From: a virus | Lineage: Duplodnaviria; Caudoviricetes | Reading direction: 5' to 3' (one strand) | IMG/VR virus record: IMGVR_UViG_3300024265_000007 | Location: 1-51,993 of that record | DNA length: 51,993 bases | Shown here: one piece after another, positions 44,903 to 51,993 of the stretch | How the letters are laid out: each line of letters starts with the position of its first letter | How positions within the stretch are numbered: position 1 is the stretch's first letter | The notes under the pieces: model-generated | What the model saw: the letters and a program-made list of their open reading frames with translations, nothing else | Databases searched by the model: none | What the model was told of the DNA's origin: nothing | Made by a program: the position numbers and the translations under genes

Positions 44903-45216
44903 GCCTGCTTTCTCTTCTCTGGATCAATGCGCCGCAAGGTCGCTGGCTTGCCATTGCTACTGGGTTTCACTTTCGCTTTGCGTCTATCCTCTTGCTCCAT
45001 TGCGATAACGGCACTGGCCCGGACTGAAACGGCAATGTCGATTAGAATCAACAACGCGCCACCGGCAGCATACCACACTATGAAGCTGACTAGCCCGATG
45101 AACACAAACCGAATGTCCGGGGACGAAGCCAATAACAATAAGAAGATGGTCAATGTGGCTAAGCCTATAGCCTGAAGTGCATACGCAACAGTTTTGAGAT
45201 TGTTGTATCTATTCAT
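44899..45216 (-). CDS. Two-TM membrane protein
   Basis: Likely start MNRYNN; LLILIDIAVSVR motif. Confidence 0.6.
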   Translation of the reverse strand: MNRYNNLKTVAYALQAIGLATLTIFLLLLASSPDIRFVFIGLVSFIVWYAAGGALLILIDIAVSVRASAVIAMEQEDRRKAKVKPSSNGKPATLRRIDPEKRKQA

Positions 45217-45220
45217 TGGT

Positions 45221-45496
45221 TTATTTCCTTCTCCAAACAACGGTAGATATATGCTTTGTTTCGTCACTTCTATCGTTTTCTAAGACGATGCCGTAGCCTA
45301 TCACCGTATATCCTAGCGACGACTTGTGAGACAGAGACGAAAAGCACCTATTTTTATTCGTCGAGCTTAACGCCGTTTTCTCGCTGTTACCCGGTTGCTC
45401 CATAACTAAAACGGCTTCATTCTCATATGGCGCACCGTCCATGACTTCAACTTTCCAATCTTCTGTACTTCTCATAGGCTGTCCGTTTACTGCCAT
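45221..45496 (-). CDS. Hypothetical protein
   Basis: GAGGAG RBS. Confidence 0.45.
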   Translation of the reverse strand: MAVNGQPMRSTEDWKVEVMDGAPYENEAVLVMEQPGNSEKTALSSTNKNRCFSSLSHKSSLGYTVIGYGIVLENDRSDETKHISTVVWRRK

Positions 45497-45499
45497 CGT

Positions 45500-45730
45500 T
45501 TACTCCTCGTCCCTCTCGCATTCTGTGTTGTGTTTCATTTCTGACGGGAGCATTCGTCCATGCTTGGCAAGATAGTCTTCGCACATAAAACGAATGTCTG
45601 CCACTATATAGTGGCTATCCCATTCATTACCTATGCGATGTAGAATAGCCCCGATCAATTTAAGGTGCTTAGTTGCGGCGCTATCGTTGTCGTTGTGTAT
45701 TATCAATCGCTCATAGTCAAACTTTGCCAT
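45500..45730 (-). CDS. Hypothetical protein
   Basis: GAGGAG RBS. Confidence 0.55.
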   Translation of the reverse strand: MAKFDYERLIIHNDNDSAATKHLKLIGAILHRIGNEWDSHYIVADIRFMCEDYLAKHGRMLPSEMKHNTECERDEE

Positions 45731-45733
45731 CGT

Positions 45734-46108
45734 TTACTCCTCAAACAATTCTGTCAATGGACGGGATATATCATCCGGCTTTGATTCTTGTGCTTTCAAC
45801 AATTTCATATTCTTTGCAAACCTAGCTTTGTAGACTTCAACCATCCGCAAATCAGAAGCTATAGTGTCTTTAATTTCAGCTATTGAATCTTCGTGTGTGT
45901 TGAGTCTTATCTTTTCTTTACTATACCAAGGGTCACTCTCTACATCCTCATATTTATAAAGATGTGAGTTATCGTTTAACTCTTTTCTGATTAGCGAACA
46001 GAGTTCCCCGCTATCATATTCATCGTTTACTTCAACATGTTCTCCAGCGTCATCTATCCAGATAAGCATTACTTCGTTATCTACAAAATATTGACTTGTT
46101 ATTTTCAT
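45734..46108 (-). CDS. Hypothetical protein
   Basis: ATGA overlap with the portal stop. Confidence 0.55.
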   Translation of the reverse strand: MKITSQYFVDNEVMLIWIDDAGEHVEVNDEYDSGELCSLIRKELNDNSHLYKYEDVESDPWYSKEKIRLNTHEDSIAEIKDTIASDLRMVEVYKARFAKNMKLLKAQESKPDDISRPLTELFEE

Positions 46109-48978
46109 TTTGTACCCCCTGCAATTAACTCTTTCATCAATTCCATAATGCTCTTTGTGATGAGCTTCAACTTGCCGCGTGCCTTCGCTTTCACCGGCAC
46201 TAGGTTGCAGTCGCAATTGTCGCCATGACAGGCCAGTGTATCGCTCTGCGGCATTGCGCCTATTTTTACCCAATGCTTGAAGCGGTGGCGTTGGCCGTTG
46301 TAGCCCGAACAGCTTTTACAATGAATCTCGGTTTTTCCAAGGACCCATTCGGACATCTTGTTGCCACCGGCACTGGCGAATCCCGCATCATACATTGGCT
46401 TGACACTCTTATTGTACCATTGAGCGCCTTTACCTTGCGAACTTGTCAGCTTTTCTGATTTTACCGTTCCCAGCAAACTAGTCACGAATTGCGATTGTTC
46501 GGAGATAAACTGGTTTATCTCTACTTGTTCGGCATCGGTTGGCTCTTCGCCCAGAGCGCCGCCGTCGGTTAATCCGTCCCGATATACCTTGTTATTGGCT
46601 TTGCGAATGATACTCCGCAGCGTGGAACTAGCTTGTCGCCGTGTTGTCTTGCCGTCAATGTGGACTTGCAGCGTGTCCTCGAAGTCATCCTCGAAATCAA
46701 TTCGGGTTGCCTGAACGGACTTGATCGCTACCCAGTCCTTAACCATCCCAAAGATAGACTTGACTGTCAGCCCAGATTCTGTCTTGTTGTAACCTTTGAA
46801 CGATTCAATTACTGTGTCTGCAATATCACCGCGAGTGTAATTCGGCTCAAACTTTGGCAGGGACTTTAGTCCGTTTGCACCGCGCCGTTTGATAAACGTA
46901 TACCAAGCATCAAGTTCTTTTTGCGCCTTCTCTACCGACCAGTCCCAATTATCGACAGTCGATTGCGAACGCGCCATAACTGCCTTGACGCAAACCAGAT
47001 TTGACTTTTGGCCAACAACATGAAACTCATCATAATATTCCCGTCCGTAAACAACCCGATCAATCCCCAGAACAAACGGTTCAATCTCAATATCGGGAAT
47101 AGTGACCTCGTTCGGAATATAGGCCATTGTGATGTGAGGATGATAATCGTTCGGGTTGCTATGTTCAGATAATTCCATTCCCTTAAACTTGTCAAATATC
47201 TGGGACTGCAATCTGTCTAATGCAACCGAATTATTGACCACTAAATGGAGGGCTTGCCCATTATCAGTATCGAATATTCCCACTTCTTTAATCTCAAGTG
47301 GATTATCATCCAGCTTAAATTCGTCTATTGAATTGATCGTGCGTGCATCTAATTCCCGATCTGATATGTCCGGGGCATAGACCAATGTTACATGAAAGGT
47401 GTCCGGTTCTTGCCATTCAATATCGGCGGATTCCCCAATGATGCCTTTGATCTTGCGTTGGATTGCCAATAGTTCGTCCCGCTCTGCTAAGTCGATATAG
47501 ACGTATGCTGACTTGTCCTGCGCCTTCGCTTTCAGTGACTCAGGCTCAGTTGGCGAAAAAGGGGGCGGATCATTACCTTCCGGTGGTAAGTCTGGCAAAT
47601 CGCCACCTTCAACATCAGAAGTCTGTGCGACTACCGCCGCTTCTTCTGGCGTTCCACCGGCAACAAAACCGGACTTCAGGTCTTCAGGTGAAACAAAGAC
47701 CATGCCCGGTTGCACCATTAACAGATTGCCACGCTCCTCTTCAAATGGCTCTAATTTTTGCCGCTTCCTTGCTTCATTGATTGTGATGATTGTATTCTGT
47801 AAATTCCTCCCGGCAATCTCCGCTTCGCGGAGGTCATTCTCACTCACCCGGTCAAACTCAGAGCGGTCTACTACTAACCTATCCAGATGATATTCGGGAG
47901 GTAGTAGCGGAATAATACGACGATTGAAAAATGCGATAATGTCATCGGCGCGCGGGATAATATTGCTAGTATAGAAGCGGTAGGTTGTCTCGTCACCTTG
48001 CTTGTATCCTGCTATATCGCTATTACCCAGCATTGTTTCCGGTACGCCAAACTGATTTAATATTCGCTCACCTGTCTTTTGCGAATAGGAGGTGATTGCG
48101 CTATAATCAGGATAATCTAATTTTGTAACCTCAACATCGCCCGGCCAAAATATAAGGCCACCAACGTTTTCGGGTCCGCGTGACCTCTTTTTTGCATCTT
48201 CCAGCCCTTCGCGTGTCGCCTGTAAATTACTAAACGAGCCACCTTTTGACGAGACGACTCCCATGCCCTGAATGCCGTTTTGGAAATGAGATACAACTGA
48301 TGTCTGGATAGCGAAATCAATTTCCAGACTTTCCAGGACGGCCAGCACATCAGGGTAGCCGCGTAAATCATCTTGAGGATTGTAGCCATGCTTATAGGCA
48401 ATCTCGAACGGTTTATACGTCTCTGGACTGCCAGTGTCAAACGGTGAATAGAAATACTGATTGACTTTCCCATTGGACGCATTAAGAGACACCCCCAGTG
48501 GATTCAGCCAGTCAAGGGCGAGCAGGGGATTATATTTACTGACTGGATAATCATCACGCTTGCGAACGAGTTCAATATACAATTCGTCAAATAGTGTGAG
48601 GGAGGCCGCCACACGGAACAGGAGCGACATATGTTGATGGTCTTCATAGGCATGGAACAGTTGGAAGAGGGGATGCTGGGGAATAGGATCGTCACTTCTA
48701 GCAACTTCTGTGCCCTCCCATTTATCATTAGCTCCGGTCATGCCCCGTTCAAATCGTTTGATTGAATAGGGCAGGGTGTTTATGCCGGACGCGATTAGCT
48801 CCACACATTTTTCCACATAGCCGATCACGATATATGCTTGGGCCGCACCCCATTTTGTACGCGATAATTGATCCCCTCTATTAGCAGCGTTTACCCAGGG
48901 AGCAAGGGGCGACCAGGTGCCCAGGTCGATTGATTTCTGCACGGTGCTTGGCCGCTTTGTTTTAGTATTCCATTTCAT
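46105..48978 (-). CDS. Portal protein fused to a 2H phosphoesterase and a MuF-like head morphogenesis domain
   Basis: Portal: VEKCVELIASGI, LDWLNP, FGVPETMLG, ITINEAR. 2H: FHVTL and YHPHITMAY. MuF-like: EWVLG..EIHCKSC...CHGDNCDC. Confidence 0.87.
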   Translation of the reverse strand: MKWNTKTKRPSTVQKSIDLGTWSPLAPWVNAANRGDQLSRTKWGAAQAYIVIGYVEKCVELIASGINTLPYSIKRFERGMTGANDKWEGTEVARSDDPIPQHPLFQLFHAYEDHQHMSLLFRVAASLTLFDELYIELVRKRDDYPVSKYNPLLALDWLNPLGVSLNASNGKVNQYFYSPFDTGSPETYKPFEIAYKHGYNPQDDLRGYPDVLAVLESLEIDFAIQTSVVSHFQNGIQGMGVVSSKGGSFSNLQATREGLEDAKKRSRGPENVGGLIFWPGDVEVTKLDYPDYSAITSYSQKTGERILNQFGVPETMLGNSDIAGYKQGDETTYRFYTSNIIPRADDIIAFFNRRIIPLLPPEYHLDRLVVDRSEFDRVSENDLREAEIAGRNLQNTIITINEARKRQKLEPFEEERGNLLMVQPGMVFVSPEDLKSGFVAGGTPEEAAVVAQTSDVEGGDLPDLPPEGNDPPPFSPTEPESLKAKAQDKSAYVYIDLAERDELLAIQRKIKGIIGESADIEWQEPDTFHVTLVYAPDISDRELDARTINSIDEFKLDDNPLEIKEVGIFDTDNGQALHLVVNNSVALDRLQSQIFDKFKGMELSEHSNPNDYHPHITMAYIPNEVTIPDIEIEPFVLGIDRVVYGREYYDEFHVVGQKSNLVCVKAVMARSQSTVDNWDWSVEKAQKELDAWYTFIKRRGANGLKSLPKFEPNYTRGDIADTVIESFKGYNKTESGLTVKSIFGMVKDWVAIKSVQATRIDFEDDFEDTLQVHIDGKTTRRQASSTLRSIIRKANNKVYRDGLTDGGALGEEPTDAEQVEINQFISEQSQFVTSLLGTVKSEKLTSSQGKGAQWYNKSVKPMYDAGFASAGGNKMSEWVLGKTEIHCKSCSGYNGQRHRFKHWVKIGAMPQSDTLACHGDNCDCNLVPVKAKARGKLKLITKSIMELMKELIAGGTK

Positions 48979-49026
48979 TACTTCAATGCCTTATTGTAAC
49001 AACAGGATAGCGCCTATCAATAATGT

Positions 49027-49221
49027 CTATTCGTCAGCCTCATACATCGGTGTCGGGTCGCCGGGCTTGCGCGTATGCGTAAACACAATCGGCTCTTCAC
49101 ATTGACATTGCCGGTGGTTGCGTTTCATGCCACCACATTTGATACACTTTACCAACCCTGTACGGACTGCACAATTCCCTTTACAATCTGGACACGCACA
49201 TTTATCGTTTGTCATTTCCAA
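49027..49221 (-). CDS. Small zinc-finger protein
   Basis: CPDCKG...CIKCGG; AGGAG RBS. Confidence 0.5.
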   Translation of the reverse strand: MEMTNDKCACPDCKGNCAVRTGLVKCIKCGGMKRNHRQCQCEEPIVFTHTRKPGDPTPMYEADE

Positions 49222-49229
49222 CCCTGCTC

Positions 49230-50777
49230 CTATTCAAAACTCACCATTGCGATATAGGCCAGTGCCCCGCCGATTACAGTATCATCATGTCCACCGCTCG
49301 GCGCTGAATAGCTGTACATGCCTGTAGTTGTGCGTTTGGTTTCGTAGGTCACATGTTCTCGCTTCTGTGTATCATCGTCAAGTAACGCATAGCCGTGGTC
49401 TTCCAACCCGGTGCGATAGAAGGTAATTAACTCGTGTTTGTTGACAGCCCCCATAGTGAATGGTTTTAACTCACAATACCAAACACCAAAATCAGGGCGA
49501 TACACTATGCACTCATCTGATAGTATATCATAAGTATCTACCAAGTGGCGAATGTACCAATTCATGATATTGCTGATAGGGATAGGGCTGCCCCCACTAA
49601 ACCGTATTTCATACCCATCATCGCCCAGGGTGATTACATTATCAGGTTCTATCAATTGCCCCCACTGCTCTTTTTTGAAAGCAGACACCACGGCCAATTC
49701 AGCCACAAGTTGTTCAATGCTATCCCAAAGACTTTCGATCTGACTACTGCCCATTGAGTTTTTCTCAGGCACAACACAGCGTATCCGGTAACGCAATAGC
49801 TGTTTCAGCATTTCGTCGCGCATAATTGACCAACGTTGTTTGCGCCAGCGACCTAAGAACACTTGACGGTTAGCGATTCTGTCTGGAATTGACAAGACGC
49901 TAAAGTCATTGTCCTGCCCCCAGTCGATGCCGGCGGCATAGATATGTTCCGGGTCGTATTCCGGCCAGTCGTCAAGGAAGGTTATACGGCGTGCATCAAA
50001 TACCCCACCACTATCGGAAATGAACTGCGCTTCAATCTCTTCAGTGTAATCGTCTGGGGTCATATCCTTTATGAGTAATCGCAATGCCCCTTCGGATAAA
50101 TGCGGGTTGGAAAGCGTGCTGAAATTCCAAGTCTTCCAATCCTCGTTATCATCCTCACTGGCGTAATTGAATAACTCGAAAAACCAATTGAAACCTTTCG
50201 GTGTGCTGTAAAACTCTGCTACACCATTACGGGCTACCAACATCGGCATTCCAACCTTTTTCCATGCCTTCGAGTCAAGGTAGGCACATTCATCTAAAAT
50301 CAACTTATCGACGTTGCCACCGCGCAAAGCGTCAGGGTTCTTGCCGGTCTTCACTCGTATTCGCCCGCCACGATATTTGATAATACGCCGACCTTCATTC
50401 TTATAGAAGCCGGGTGTATCGTATAGGGGCGCAAGCCAGTCAGTGATGTAATCCCAAAACAAGTCAGATTGATCTTGGGTCGTACTTGAGATGTGAACAT
50501 GAGCGCCGTCTAACAATCCACGCCCACCGTACTGTTCGCCACCGATAGCCGACATGGAGGCCATCATCGTCTTGCCCACCTGTCTGCCCGCGGCCACGAC
50601 TTTACGCATAGCAGGCGACAACAATATATCGCTCTGTTTCTCATGTGGTGTTGGCAGATTAGGAAGCAATGACACTGTGTCACTTTCACTCCCATCTAAC
50701 CTATCATTGAACGCCTGAAGATATGAGGACATCAATCCCGCTTGAGATTTTCGCTCTGATTTTATTATCTGTAACAT
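49230..50777 (-). CDS. terL: Terminase large subunit
   Basis: AGRQVGKT Walker A, LILDECAY Walker B, STPKG, GIDWG, HDDTV; true start may be a downstream Met. Confidence 0.93.
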   Translation of the reverse strand: MLQIIKSERKSQAGLMSSYLQAFNDRLDGSESDTVSLLPNLPTPHEKQSDILLSPAMRKVVAAGRQVGKTMMASMSAIGGEQYGGRGLLDGAHVHISSTTQDQSDLFWDYITDWLAPLYDTPGFYKNEGRRIIKYRGGRIRVKTGKNPDALRGGNVDKLILDECAYLDSKAWKKVGMPMLVARNGVAEFYSTPKGFNWFFELFNYASEDDNEDWKTWNFSTLSNPHLSEGALRLLIKDMTPDDYTEEIEAQFISDSGGVFDARRITFLDDWPEYDPEHIYAAGIDWGQDNDFSVLSIPDRIANRQVFLGRWRKQRWSIMRDEMLKQLLRYRIRCVVPEKNSMGSSQIESLWDSIEQLVAELAVVSAFKKEQWGQLIEPDNVITLGDDGYEIRFSGGSPIPISNIMNWYIRHLVDTYDILSDECIVYRPDFGVWYCELKPFTMGAVNKHELITFYRTGLEDHGYALLDDDTQKREHVTYETKRTTTGMYSYSAPSGGHDDTVIGGALAYIAMVSFE

Positions 50778-51360
50778 TTTCCATTACCACATTCGCTATA
50801 GCAGCCACTAATAACATGACCTGCTCTGATGCCACCTTCAAATCGGCATCATTCAGTATTTTATTTTCCATCGAAACCAACCGGGCCCGTTCCTGTAATA
50901 ACCCGCGTATTTCATCCCAATTGATATAATCCATAAAGCCACGCTTTGTAATCTCATCAAGCGCTTGTGTTGCCTTGATTGTCTCCATAGCATCACCGGC
51001 GCTCATTGCTTTTTGTTGGTCTAAGTACGTACTGCGAACCATACCCCATAATTTGCCGATAGGGCCGGTATCAATATTTTCTATCGTCTCCGCAATCCGT
51101 GTGTCCAACAAAGCAATGTCAGATCGAAGGCTCAATAATTCCGGGTTGCTAATCGCCTCCTGATACTTATCTGCTAATCGTGTTGGTAAGTTGCGGCTAT
51201 GCCCTTTGCCTTTGTAATGCACACTTGCCTTGCCGGTTGGCGTTGCGCCGCCATGCACCCAACAAACATCCTTGCCTGTAATGCGATCCCGGCGACAAGG
51301 CTTTCCTGTGCTTTTTGTTTTCTGCACTTTGCATTTAGCCACTATGAGGTATCTCCCCAC
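50704..51360 (-). CDS. Terminase small subunit-like protein (HGGxSTG-type N-terminus)
   Basis: KC...STGKPC...CWVHGGATP; directly upstream of terL. Confidence 0.7.
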   Translation of the reverse strand: MGRYLIVAKCKVQKTKSTGKPCRRDRITGKDVCWVHGGATPTGKASVHYKGKGHSRNLPTRLADKYQEAISNPELLSLRSDIALLDTRIAETIENIDTGPIGKLWGMVRSTYLDQQKAMSAGDAMETIKATQALDEITKRGFMDYINWDEIRGLLQERARLVSMENKILNDADLKVASEQVMLLVAAIANVVMENVTDNKIRAKISSGIDVLISSGVQ

Positions 51361-51396
51361 TTTGAGGTCTATTGCCTAATTTATCCCATGCTGCGT

Positions 51397-51993
51397 TCAT
51401 TCGCTGCGCTCCGGCTTCTTAATTTCAGGTATCGCCTTAAATTGCTTCCAGTCAATAACCACATCAACTCGCCCATATTTATTAACAATTTTACAAATCT
51501 CTTCACCCCATTCGTTTACAAATTTATGGGATATATCAACATCAATGCTATCCTCATACAATGGGGTTAAGCCTCCAGGTTGCCGACTTTTAATATGGCG
51601 ATAATTAATTGCATATTTCTGAACACAAACAATATGCTCGCCTGTTGTCAAAATTTGTAGGCAAAAATCAATATCCTCTTTAGTATCAAATTCTGCCCTA
51701 TAATTACATTGATGCCGCGTAGATGTTAGAACACAACTGTATACTCTGGTGTTGAAACGATATGGCTTTTGATGCTCATCTCGCAAAAATGATTTTGCTT
51801 CTATGCCGGCCAATGCTACATCATATTTACTTGTTAATGTTTCTGTGTATCCTAGCACAATACTGAAATCTACTTGGATGCTTTTGCCATCGACCAATTC
51901 ATAACAAGCGCCCAAATCATCATCCAATTGCCAATAATAATTTAGATTATTCCACCTACCGTAATCCAAGATATATTGACGAGCGTAAGAGAT
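51397..51993 (-). CDS. 3' part (glycosyltransferase domain) of the rSAM-GT fusion starting at 1648
   Basis: WQLDDDL, RVYSCVL, KEDIDFCLQILTTG, PGG, GRVDVVIDWK. Confidence 0.88.
   Translation of the reverse strand: MSYARQYILDYGRWNNLNYYWQLDDDLGACYELVDGKSIQVDFSIVLGYTETLTSKYDVALAGIEAKSFLRDEHQKPYRFNTRVYSCVLTSTRHQCNYRAEFDTKEDIDFCLQILTTGEHIVCVQKYAINYRHIKSRQPGGLTPLYEDSIDVDISHKFVNEWGEEICKIVNKYGRVDVVIDWKQFKAIPEIKKPERSE
51867..51993. repeat. End overlap, copy 2
   Basis: Identical to 1-127. Confidence 0.97.

Noticed and set aside
49475-49715. Intein in TerL
   Set aside because: No N-terminal Cys/Ser block or His-Asn C-terminal splice motif, and too short.

Overview
The window is an essentially complete, circularly assembled genome (~51,866 bp plus a 127-bp end overlap) of a tailed dsDNA phage with siphovirus-like gene order. 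The + strand (about 2.4-23.05 kb) carries early genes: many small Cys-rich and membrane ORFs, HNH and GIY-YIG nucleases, a PAPS-reductase-like protein, a Cys-rich replication initiator with a DnaB helicase, an ERF recombinase, a DEDDh exonuclease and a tRNA/tRNA-like RNA cluster. The - strand (2.33 kb, across the contig junction, down to 23.2 kb) carries the late genes: ParB-like, terminase, portal, capsid, tail and holin-like. The main result is a gene missing from the ORF track because it spans the junction. It is a 705-aa fusion of a spore-photoproduct-lyase-like radical-SAM domain and a GREB1/TET-associated (TAGT-type) glycosyltransferase, between a ParB-like gene and the terminase genes. 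I found no TET/JBP dioxygenase, methyltransferase or hydroxymethylase, so it is a candidate oxygen-independent DNA base hypermodification system. Other notable items: two non-canonical tRNA-mimic RNAs behind a variant tRNA-fMet; a highly structured T-loop RNA leading an HNH gene; a portal-2H phosphoesterase-MuF fusion; a HiPIP-like/protease/scaffold/capsid polyprotein; and a stand-alone, apparently inactive prohead-protease paralog. No integrase, DNA polymerase or endolysin was recognised. All family calls come from reading motifs by eye, without database searches.
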